From a virus (lineage: Duplodnaviria > Caudoviricetes): a stretch of 62,035 nucleotides of DNA. Positions 29,659-39,244 of this stretch are shown piece after piece (the first letter of the stretch is position 1; every line of letters starts with the position of its first letter). Under the pieces are notes generated by a model. The model had not been told where the DNA came from and ran no database searches. It saw only the letters and a program-made list of their open reading frames with translations. Made by a program: the position numbers and the translations under genes. The stretch spans positions 1-62,035 of the IMG/VR virus record IMGVR_UViG_3300046170_000133. One strand, 5' to 3'.

Positions 29659-31425
29659 TGAAAAAATTAATTTATCCATTACTTTTTATTTTAGTTTTAC
29701 CTTTTTTCTTTGGGTTATCTTTCATAGAAATCTTAAAGTTAAAAACTTTTGATGCTTTAGTAAAAGCTCAAGAGCCATCAGGTAATTTTGTTATCTTAAA
29801 TATTACAGAACAAAATGTATCCGATAGAGGTGGCTTTCCTTTTCCAAGACAAGACTATGCAGATATACATGCAGATTTATTAAGGAAAGGTGCATTAGGT
29901 GTTGGTTGGGTTATCGCATTTAGTGAACACGATAGATTTGGCGGTGATGAAGCATTTGCTTCAGTGTTAAATTTATCCCCCTCTATCTTGGCAATGTTTG
30001 AAAATAATAGTGGTAACTATCCTAAAACATCAGGAACAGTTTATTTAGGAGATGGAACACCTGCTAGCATAATGTCAAACGGAGTTGCAGAAAATATAGA
30101 TATTTTAAAAAGGTCTGCAGCACAAGGCATAGCAACAGCACCAGTAGATATAGATAACTTAGTAAGAAGAATACCTTTGTTGTTACAGACACCAAATGGA
30201 TTTGTTAGTGCTTTTGGTACAGAAGTTTTAAAAACTTTAACAGGCGGAAAAACTTATATAATAAAATCTACTACAGCAGGTATAGAAGAAATTACTGTAC
30301 AAGGCATACCGCCAGTCAAAACAGATACTCTAGGTAGAAAGTGGATAAGCTGGGTTAATACTCCAGAAACAAATTTAGATAGCATGGAAGTATTTGGCAA
30401 GTTTGTTTTTGTTGGAGTAACTGCTAATGGAGTTATGCCACAGATAGCTACGCCAGTAGGATTGTTAGAGCCACACAAAATACAAGCAGCTCTTTCAGAA
30501 TCTTTATTGATTCAAGATAGTCCGTATATACCAGCTTGGAGTATGCTTGCAGAATTAAGTATTCTTATAGTCTCTGTATTATTAGTTTGGTTTGTTTTGC
30601 AGTATGCTGGAATTTACTTAGGATTATTTGTGACTGGTAATATTTTCTTAGGTACTGCTATATCAGGGTTTTTTTTTGATACAATCAGGTTTATTACTTG
30701 ATGTTACTTGGACTTTAATATCACAATTTGTAACTGGCTCGCTAGCTTTTTATACTAGATTTAGAGAACAATATAAATTAAGACTACAAATTAAAAAACA
30801 ATTTGAACATTATCTCGACCCCAGACAAGTCAAACGATTGCAAGAAAATCCTGATTTGTTGCAACTTGGTGGTGAAACTAAAACAGCTACATTTCTTTTT
30901 ACTGATGTTAGAGGTTTTACAGCTATGTCAGAAAAACTCAAACCAGAAGATGTTACATACATAATGAATAAAGTATTAACAGCTCAACAGAAAGCAGTCC
31001 AAAAACATGGCGGTATGGTAGATAAGTATATTGGCGATGCAATGATGGCAATATTTAATGCACCATTAGATTTACAAGATCATCCCAAAGCAGCAGTAGA
31101 TTGTGCTTTAGAAATTGCAGAAAACATTAAAGCTTTAGCTGTTGAGTTGCAAGCAGAACGATTGCCAGAAATAGCAATAGGTATTGGAATTAATACTGGC
31201 TCGGCTGCAATAGGAAATATGGGATCAGAAAATAGATTCGATTATACAGCTATAGGTGATGCAGTTAACATTGCAGCTCGTTTAGAAAGTGCCACTAAAG
31301 AAAGAAAAGTTAATTTATTAATTGGTGAAGCTACTGAAAACTTATGTGGTTATCATTTAAAACCTTTAAAACCTATAGCAGTAAAGGGTAAAATAGAACC
31401 ATTAAACATTTATACATATGAGTAA
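29658..31425 (+). CDS. CHASE2-domain class III adenylate cyclase (frameshift in T-run 30668-30677)
   Basis: GGFPFPRQDYA, DIDNLVRRIPL (CHASE2), TM helices; FTDVRGFT, DKYIGDA, YTAIGDAVNIAARLE. Confidence 0.9.
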
Positions 31426-31813
31426 AATATTATTAGGAGTTGTTGGCATTTTATTTATGGCTTGTAGTTTTTTGTATTGGCAAAATTCTAGACTAGCAGA
31501 AATAAATCAAGCCTTTGAACTACGAGACAAAGAACAGAAAGATGCAATAGAAAGCTTGCAAAATGATTTTAAATTGCAAACAGAAGGTTTGTTAGAATTG
31601 CAATCTAAGACCCAACAGTATGAACAAGAAATGCAACGCTACTTAGATGTTTTTAAAAGACACGACTTAAGTAAGTTAGCTTTTGCAAAACCCGGCTTAA
31701 TAGAACCCAGAGTAAATAAAGGAACTAAAAATGTATTTGAAAGTATTGAAGAGATCAGTCGTAATATTGATGTCCTTGATGATGGTTTACAGTTGCAGTC
31801 TAATACCGACTAA
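31418..31813 (+). CDS. Probable i-spanin (Rz-like)
   Basis: N-terminal TM plus coiled coil, overlaps a lipoprotein gene, upstream of lysozyme. Confidence 0.65.
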   Translation: MSKILLGVVGILFMACSFLYWQNSRLAEINQAFELRDKEQKDAIESLQNDFKLQTEGLLELQSKTQQYEQEMQRYLDVFKRHDLSKLAFAKPGLIEPRVNKGTKNVFESIEEISRNIDVLDDGLQLQSNTD

Positions 31814-32102
31814 GCAAGTAGAAATAATAAGCAAACCATTAGAAAGAACAATTGTTCAACCTATCTTACCAAGAGAGATAGATTTAAAAGAACCTTATTG
31901 GTATGTAGTATCTACTAAAAATCTTCAAGAGTTCTTAGCTACTATAGAGAAAGATCAAGGCAAGGTTGTATTCTTAGCTATGTCTGTACCAGACTATGAA
32001 TTAATGTCTTATAACACTCAAGAGTTGAAGAGGTATATAAATGAACTTAAAGAAGTTGTGGTGTACTATCGAAAAGTTACGACTAATAAATCGGGAGAAT
32101 AA
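31731..32102 (+). CDS. Probable o-spanin lipoprotein (Rz1-like)
   Basis: Lipobox VYSC; overlaps the upstream gene. Confidence 0.65.
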   Translation: MYLKVLKRSVVILMSLMMVYSCSLIPTKQVEIISKPLERTIVQPILPREIDLKEPYWYVVSTKNLQEFLATIEKDQGKVVFLAMSVPDYELMSYNTQELKRYINELKEVVVYYRKVTTNKSGE

Positions 32103-32103
32103 T

Positions 32104-32547
32104 ATGAACATTTCAAAAGAAGGAGTAGCTTTAATTAAAAAATATGAAGGTTGCGAGTTAGAAGCTTATCTTTGTCCTGCAGGTGTTTTAACTATTGCAT
32201 ATGGCAGAACCAAAAATGTTAAGGAAAATGATGTATGCACTTATGCTGAAGCAGAAGAATGGCTTGAAGAAGAACTTACTGAGTATGAGGATTATGTAAA
32301 AAAATTAGTTAAAGTATCTTTAGAGCAAAATCAATTTGATGCTTTAGTTTGCTGGACTTATAACCTTGGTCCTACAAATCTTAAGAAATCTACTTTGTTA
32401 AAACTTTTAAATGCAGGTGATTATCATACTGTGCCAAATCAAATGAAGCGTTGGAATAAAAGCAATGGTGAAGTTTTAGAGGGTTTGATTAGAAGAAGAG
32501 AAGCAGAAGCTTTGCTTTTTGAAGGCGAAGAGTGGGAGAAAGTATAG
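32104..32547 (+). CDS. Endolysin, GH24 lysozyme
   Basis: YEGCELEAYLCPAGVLTIAYG, QNQFDALV, GLIRRREAEA. Confidence 0.93.
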   Translation: MNISKEGVALIKKYEGCELEAYLCPAGVLTIAYGRTKNVKENDVCTYAEAEEWLEEELTEYEDYVKKLVKVSLEQNQFDALVCWTYNLGPTNLKKSTLLKLLNAGDYHTVPNQMKRWNKSNGEVLEGLIRRREAEALLFEGEEWEKV

Positions 32548-34431
32548 ATGCCTTTGGTTAAGTTTCAGTTCAAACCCGGAATCAACAAAGAAGTAACTGC
32601 TTATGCAAATGATGGTGGCTGGTTAGATTCAGACAAGGTTAGATTTAGATTAGGTCGCCCAGAAAAAATAGGCGGTTGGGCAAAAAATTCACCTAATACT
32701 TTTGATGGCACTTGTCGTGCCATACATACTTACAAAGACACGGACTTAACTCATTATAATATTTTAGGTACACATCAAAAATTATATGTGCAAGAAGGTG
32801 ATACTTTTTATGACGTAACTGCAGTTAGAAATACAACTTCTGCAGGCGATGTTACTTTTGCTATTTCAAATGGCTCTTCTACTTTAACAGTAAATGATAC
32901 TAGTCATGGTTGTAATCCCGGAGATTTTGTTAGATTTAGAGCTGCAACAAGTTTAGGCGGTAATGTAACTGCAGCCGTTTTAAATACTGAGCATCAGGTC
33001 TTAGCTAATGTTAATGCAAACTCCTACACTATAGCACTTAGCGTAACTGCAAATGGTTCTGATAGTGGTAATGGAGGCAGTAGTACGGCTGGTCAGTATT
33101 ATATAAATGCAGGTCTTGACAACTATGTACAAGGTACTGGTTGGGGTGCAAGCACATGGAGTGATGGTACATTTGGTAGCACTAGTCCAGTAGCTGTAAA
33201 TAATCAATTACGTTTATGGTCGCTAGATAATTTTGGTGTAGATATGGTAGCTATTCCTAGAGGCGGTCCATTATATGTTTGGCAAAGCACTAATGGTACA
33301 AGTGCTGGTACAACAGGCAATGGTTTCTTTGATGCAAATCGAACAGTATTAGCTAGTTCTTTAGCTGGTGCTACTAATTGTCCTTTAGCTGCTTTACAAG
33401 TTATGACTTCAGATGTCGATAGACATATCTTAGCTTTTGGTTGCAATCCTATAGGCACTTCAACTATTGATCCTTTATTTGTAAGATGGTCTGATTCAGA
33501 AAGTTTAGTTGATTGGACACCATCTGCTACTAATTCATCAGGTGGTGTAAAGTTATCATCAGGTAGTCAAATTGTCGGAGCAATTAAATCACGACAAGAA
33601 ACTTTAGTATTCACTGATGCTAGTATATTTTCTATGCGATTTGTTGGCTCTCCATTTTATTTTTCTTTTAACGAGATAGCTAGTGGTATAGGCATGATAG
33701 CTCCTAAAGCTGGTGTATCTATAGGTAACATAGTTTATTTTATGGATGACGGAGCTTTTTATCGTGCTTCAGGTAATGTAGAAAGATTGCCTTGTACAGT
33801 TTTAGATTATGTATTTAGCGATATTAATAAGTCTGCAGCATTTAAAATATTTGCAGCAAACAATATTGAACACAGTGAAATACTGTGGTTTTATCCTTCA
33901 ACTTCTAGTACAGAAATAAACAGATACGTCTCTTTTAACTACGCAGAAAATGTTTGGACAGTAGGCACAACCTCAGACAACTTTACTAGAACTGCTTGGA
34001 ATCCTGCACCAAGTTTAAGTTTTCCATTAGCTACAGGTAAATTAGATACATCCGATAAAAATTATTTATACAACCATGAGTCAGGTAATTTAGGAGATGG
34101 CACAGCTTTTGGTGCATTCATAGAATCTGCCGACATAGACCTTGATCCTGCAGGAGAACAGTTTATGTATGTATCTAAAATAATACCTGACATAGAATTT
34201 AAAGATTCCACTAATGCTACTGATACAGTTAATTTAATATTAAAGGGTAGACGTTATCCAACTGAAACTCTTAGCACTTTATCTTCTAACGCTTTGACTG
34301 CTGCAACTAATTTTAAAAATACAAGAGGCAGAACTAGACAAATTACTGTGCGTTTAGAAAATACAAGTGGAGATTTTAAATGGCGACTAGGAGATACTAG
34401 ATTTGAAATAAGACCTGATGGAGCTAAATAA
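32548..34431 (+). CDS. Tail nozzle / packaged-DNA stabilisation-like protein
   Basis: PGINKE...KVRFR..PEKIGGW, FVRWSD, WRLG..R....PDG. Confidence 0.7.
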   Translation: MPLVKFQFKPGINKEVTAYANDGGWLDSDKVRFRLGRPEKIGGWAKNSPNTFDGTCRAIHTYKDTDLTHYNILGTHQKLYVQEGDTFYDVTAVRNTTSAGDVTFAISNGSSTLTVNDTSHGCNPGDFVRFRAATSLGGNVTAAVLNTEHQVLANVNANSYTIALSVTANGSDSGNGGSSTAGQYYINAGLDNYVQGTGWGASTWSDGTFGSTSPVAVNNQLRLWSLDNFGVDMVAIPRGGPLYVWQSTNGTSAGTTGNGFFDANRTVLASSLAGATNCPLAALQVMTSDVDRHILAFGCNPIGTSTIDPLFVRWSDSESLVDWTPSATNSSGGVKLSSGSQIVGAIKSRQETLVFTDASIFSMRFVGSPFYFSFNEIASGIGMIAPKAGVSIGNIVYFMDDGAFYRASGNVERLPCTVLDYVFSDINKSAAFKIFAANNIEHSEILWFYPSTSSTEINRYVSFNYAENVWTVGTTSDNFTRTAWNPAPSLSFPLATGKLDTSDKNYLYNHESGNLGDGTAFGAFIESADIDLDPAGEQFMYVSKIIPDIEFKDSTNATDTVNLILKGRRYPTETLSTLSSNALTAATNFKNTRGRTRQITVRLENTSGDFKWRLGDTRFEIRPDGAK

Positions 34432-34637
34432 TGGCAAGTAAATCATCACCCCCTTTACCATTACCTTTAGCAGACTATGAATTAGTAAATGAACAAATTA
34501 CTAGAAGAACCATTGAACAATTATTTCAAGATGTGTTTAGCGAAATATCAGGAGTAGAAGATTTAAAATCCGCTTCTGGTTCTAAAGCACTTAGACGACA
34601 TCAATTTTTATTAATGGGAGTTAAAGGTAATGTCTGA
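34431..34637 (+). CDS. Small virion protein
   Basis: Coupled ORF. Confidence 0.55.
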   Translation: MASKSSPPLPLPLADYELVNEQITRRTIEQLFQDVFSEISGVEDLKSASGSKALRRHQFLLMGVKGNV

Positions 34638-34965
34638 TACTTTAAAAGTTTTAGGACAACAAGCACCTGCAGGTACTACAGAAACTATTCTTTATACTGT
34701 GCCTACAGCCACACAAACAACTATTAGTTCCATAGTAGCTTGTAATAGATCAGGCTCTGGCGTTACTTATAGAGTAAGTGTTGCAGTTGCAGGAGCGTCT
34801 ACCAGTAATAAAGATTATTTGTTTTTTGATAAAGCTTTAGCAGCTAACTCATCAGACACAATAGTTATAGGAATAACAGTCACAGAAACAGATAGAATTA
34901 ATGTATATGCCAGCGATGGCAATTTAAGTTTTACAGCTTTTGGTTGTGAAACCAAGGAGGAATAA
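34630..34965 (+). CDS. Small virion protein
   Basis: ILYTVP...IVACN...SFTAFGCE. Confidence 0.65.
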   Translation: MSDTLKVLGQQAPAGTTETILYTVPTATQTTISSIVACNRSGSGVTYRVSVAVAGASTSNKDYLFFDKALAANSSDTIVIGITVTETDRINVYASDGNLSFTAFGCETKEE

Positions 34966-34966
34966 T

Positions 34967-36667
34967 ATGAATGATCTTCAACAACAAGTACAAAATATAA
35001 GCCAACAAGGAAGGTTTGGTGATAATACACTTGTGCATATGAATCCTGCAGAGGTGCGAGGACTTGCACAAATGGGTCGTATCACTACTAACCCTAATAC
35101 AGGTTTAGCTGAAGCATTTAGTTTGAATGATTTTTTAGGATTTGCTGCTCCAATAGTTGGTGGTATTTTTGGTGGACCAATGGGTGCAGCACTAGCATCA
35201 GGTGCGGTTACTACTGCTCAAGAAGGTAGTCTTAAAGAAGGAATCAAAGCAGGTCTTTTATCTTACGGATTAGGTAGTGCATTCAGAGCTGCGGGTTCTG
35301 CAGCAAAAGATACAACTGCATTTGCAGGCAGTTTAAAAGATGCAGGTACAACAGTAGGAGATGCAACTGCAGCACAATTAGATGCTGCTACTAAAGCTGG
35401 TGCAGATGCATCAAAAGAATTCTTAGCAGGAAGTGCATCCTTAACTAATCCAAAAGATTTTGATTTTTCAGGATTTACAAAAGGTGCTAGCGAAATGTTT
35501 AGCACACCTTTTGCAGGACAAGGTCCTTTGCAAGCTGTAGGTAATGTAGCTGAAGGATTAACAGACCCGAAAGCTTTCTTACCATTAGCTGCTGTAGGCA
35601 CAGAAGCTGCATACCGAGCTGCTGAAGAAGATATGCAACAAGGCATAACTGCAGCAGAAGAGGATAGAGAAAGAAGAAGAATGCAAGCATTTATAGATAA
35701 TCCTGAACCAGTTATATTTTCTGCAAGCGGAGGTTTAACGCAATTTGCGGAGGGTGGCGATACTGATAATGAAGATATAGTTTTAAATGTACCGCAAAGA
35801 CAAACTCTTGCTATTAGTCCAGATTTTAGAGCAGGCTTTCAACCAGAAATGATGTACTTTGATCCAGCTACTATTAATCCTTCTTATGCTGCTTTGACTA
35901 ATCAACCACCAAATCAAACTTTAGGACCAGTAACTAATGCAAATCTTGATACAAGTGCTTTAAACACACCAGAGTATATAACTGAAAATATTACTAATAA
36001 CACAGATAAATTTGTTCCAACAGGTAATAAATTTTTAGGTATGGACTTAGGTGCTTTAATGGCTAATAGTCTTTCTGCTCAAGCTGTTGATCCTTACACA
36101 GCATATACAGGTGTTGAACCACCACAATTATTAGATGAAACAACAAGAACTATGGCTGAAGGTGGTGATACAGATTTACCAAATCCGGGTCTTAAAGCTT
36201 TACAAAAAGTTGCACCTAATGTTGTTAAAGATATGGGCTATCAAGAAGGCGGAATGACTGATGATCTTATGACAGAGACTATAGCTTTTATCTTAGGCGA
36301 ATCAGATGATGAAACTGTTGTAGAAAAATTTATAGAAATGTATGGTGCAGAAACTTACATGCAACTTAGAGATACAGTTCTAAAAGAAATAACTAACCCT
36401 CAAGCACAAACATCTGGTCTTATTGAAGGGCAAGGTAATGGCGGTATGGATGATGACTTGCTTGGAACTATAGGTGGTAAAGAAGCAATTGCAGTTTCTC
36501 AAGATGAGTTTATTGTGCCTGCCGATGTTGTTTCTATGTTAGGTGATGGTAGTTCAGATGCTGGTGCTAACAAACTTTATAAAATGATGGATGATGTTAG
36601 AACAGAAAAAACTGGTACAACTAAACAAGCTAGCAGAATTAACGATCAAAGGGTGATGCCAACATGA
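34967..36667 (+). CDS. Internal virion/ejection protein
   Basis: GRFGDNTLVHM, TTNPNTGLAEAF, EFIVPADVVSMLGDGSSDAG; several [MFY]xxGG motifs. Confidence 0.7.
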   Translation: MNDLQQQVQNISQQGRFGDNTLVHMNPAEVRGLAQMGRITTNPNTGLAEAFSLNDFLGFAAPIVGGIFGGPMGAALASGAVTTAQEGSLKEGIKAGLLSYGLGSAFRAAGSAAKDTTAFAGSLKDAGTTVGDATAAQLDAATKAGADASKEFLAGSASLTNPKDFDFSGFTKGASEMFSTPFAGQGPLQAVGNVAEGLTDPKAFLPLAAVGTEAAYRAAEEDMQQGITAAEEDRERRRMQAFIDNPEPVIFSASGGLTQFAEGGDTDNEDIVLNVPQRQTLAISPDFRAGFQPEMMYFDPATINPSYAALTNQPPNQTLGPVTNANLDTSALNTPEYITENITNNTDKFVPTGNKFLGMDLGALMANSLSAQAVDPYTAYTGVEPPQLLDETTRTMAEGGDTDLPNPGLKALQKVAPNVVKDMGYQEGGMTDDLMTETIAFILGESDDETVVEKFIEMYGAETYMQLRDTVLKEITNPQAQTSGLIEGQGNGGMDDDLLGTIGGKEAIAVSQDEFIVPADVVSMLGDGSSDAGANKLYKMMDDVRTEKTGTTKQASRINDQRVMPT

Positions 36668-37135
36668 ATCAAGTAGCAAAAATACAAGAATCAACTTATG
36701 ACTATAGTATTGTTACTGTAGATCAATTAATTTTAATCTGGGATGGCATAAAAAAAATGTTAGAAAAGTCATGCAAGCGTTCTAGTGGGCAGAATAACTG
36801 TAGATGATATTTTTTATGAAGCTCTTAATGATAGAAAAAAAATCTGGATAATATTTGAAAACGATCAATTTAATATTAAAGGTGTACTAGTCACAGAGTT
36901 TTATGAATATCCCACGGGTAAACGCATGCTAAGTTTAGAGCATGTAGCTGGAGAAAAAATGGAAGAGTGGGTAGAGCTAGGTATAGATGCTCTAGAAGAA
37001 TATGCTAAAAATAATCAATGTCATGGTATTGAAAGTATAGGTCGTGCAGGATTTTGGAATTGGGTTAAAGACAGACCTGATTGGAAAAAGCTAGCAATCT
37101 TTTGTGAATACGAGGTAAACAATGAGAAAATTTAA
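36664..37135 (+). CDS. GNAT-like protein (frameshift ~36787)
   Basis: YPTGKRML, IESIGRAGFW; position among ejection genes. Confidence 0.5.
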
Positions 37136-38151
37136 GGGCGGTGGTAGTTCAGGACCTAGCAGTCAAACAGTTGTACAAACGAATTTGCCTGAATATGCAG
37201 AGCCATATTTTACTAGACTATTAGGTAGAGCAGAAGGAGAGTCTTTACAAGGATATACACCTTATCGTGGTCAAAGATTATCAGACTTTACTGGTGATGA
37301 ACAACTAGCACAACGTATGACTGCTGGTTATGCTACTGCTGGAACACCTAAAGGATTAACTGATGCAACTAACATAGCAACTGGTATTGCTGGTACAGAT
37401 TTTGGTGCAGGACCTTCGCAATATAATAATCAATTTCAAGTTGATCCCTATAAACGTATAGGGTTTTGAAGAAGGTGTTTCTAGATTTATGAGTCCTTAT
37501 CAGCAAAATGTTACTGATATTGTAAAGCGTGAAGCTGTAAGAGATTCAGCTATAAGAGGTCAAGACATTGCTTCAAAAGCCACAACTACTGGTGGTCTTG
37601 GTGGTTATCGTGAAGCTATTTTACAAGGCGAAAGAGAAAGAAACTTAGGTCAAAGATTAGATGATATACAAACTAAAGGCAGTCAAGCAGCATACAATCA
37701 AGCAGTGCAACAGCTTGCTAGAGAAAGAGGTCTTGGTATAAAAGAATCTGCTTTGATGGAACAACTAGGACAAAGTGAAGAAAAATTAAGATTAGCTGGA
37801 GTTGGTGTTGATCAAGCAGGAGCTAAGATAGGTTTAGCTGGCAGTCAATTACTGGGTGATCTCTCTGGTGAAACACAAAAAGATGCTCTTGCTAGAATTG
37901 GTGCATTGGCTAACGTAGGAGAGCAACAAAGAGCTATGGATCAAGCTGGCTTAGATATGGGTTATGAAGATTTTTTACGTCAACAAAATTACACTAGAGA
38001 TCAGTTAGGATTTTTAAGTAATATTTTACAAGGTTTGCCAGTACAACCTAATCAAACACAGTCTACTTATGCTAGACAACCTACTTTATTTCAATCATTA
38101 CTAGGTGGTGGTTTACAAGGACTAGGTTTATACAAATCATTACAAGGATAA
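37122..38151 (+). CDS. DNA ejection/transfer protein (frameshift ~37465)
   Basis: LPEYAEPY, MSPYQQNV, GGLGGYRE, C-terminal GLQGLGLY. Confidence 0.65.
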
Positions 38152-38155
38152 TATT

Positions 38156-39244
38156 ATGTCTAATTTAATTAAAGCAGCAGAAGAACTAGAATATGTGCCA
38201 AAAGAAAATTTAATTCAAATGGCTCAAGCAGGCGACACTAGATTCCCGCCTTATTTAGTTTTAGCAGAAATACAACGTAGAACTCAAAATGAGAAAGCAT
38301 ATAGTGCAATGCAACCACCGCCTACTACTACAGTAGCAGAAGAAAAAGTTGCAGAGTTTGCACAGTCAGGTTTAGGAGGCATGGCTTCTCCACTTTTCTC
38401 TCCTCCCCCAGAGGATTTGCCCATGTCTCCACCTATGCAGATGGCAGCTAGCGGTGGCTTAACCGGTTATGCAAATCAAGGTAGAACTACTTATGACAGA
38501 ACCTTTGGGGAACAACTACGGGCTAATCCATATCTTAAAACTCCTGTAGCTATATTTGATCTTATGGATTATCAAGGAGCAGGCAGAAGAGCTGTTCAAC
38601 AAGAACGAGAACGAGACGAGTTGAAGAAATTAGCAGAAAAATTTGCTATAGAAGAAGAAGATTATGATGATAATTTATTAGACAATAACCCTTTTGTTTT
38701 TCAAGATGGTAGCGGAAAACCGCCTCCAGATACAACTCCAACAACAGATGTATTTGGTACGTTAGATGAACTTAAAAAACGTATGCAAGATGTTGAGTAT
38801 AAATCTCCAACTGCTGATGATTTAAGAAATGATAGAACTTCAGAAACTCTTATGTATTTAGGTTCTTTAATTGCAGGTTCAACTGATAGAAAACAATTCG
38901 GAGAGGGTTTAGCTGACTTAACTAGCAAAGTCGTAGCTAGCAAAAGAGCTGATGATAGATTCTTAAATGAAGCTAAATTAAAAGAAAGAGGCTTGTTTAG
39001 TTCTGACTTGCAATTAGCTACAGCTTTAGAAACCTTAAAAGTTAAAGCAGTACAAGCTAAAAATACTGCAGCTAAAAATAAAATTGACGAAGCTCTTGGT
39101 ATGATTCAAGCTGCAAATCTTGCCGATATGCAGACTAGAAAAAAATTACTTGATCAAGCAACAAAAATATTTTTAGGTTTAGGTGGTGAAAGTGCAACAA
39201 GTCAAGCTGATGTAGATGCTATTCTTGGTGGTGCTAAAAACTAA
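38156..39244 (+). CDS. Ejection protein
   Basis: PPYLVLAEIQRR, MAASGG; helical. Confidence 0.6.
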   Translation: MSNLIKAAEELEYVPKENLIQMAQAGDTRFPPYLVLAEIQRRTQNEKAYSAMQPPPTTTVAEEKVAEFAQSGLGGMASPLFSPPPEDLPMSPPMQMAASGGLTGYANQGRTTYDRTFGEQLRANPYLKTPVAIFDLMDYQGAGRRAVQQERERDELKKLAEKFAIEEEDYDDNLLDNNPFVFQDGSGKPPPDTTPTTDVFGTLDELKKRMQDVEYKSPTADDLRNDRTSETLMYLGSLIAGSTDRKQFGEGLADLTSKVVASKRADDRFLNEAKLKERGLFSSDLQLATALETLKVKAVQAKNTAAKNKIDEALGMIQAANLADMQTRKKLLDQATKIFLGLGGESATSQADVDAILGGAKN

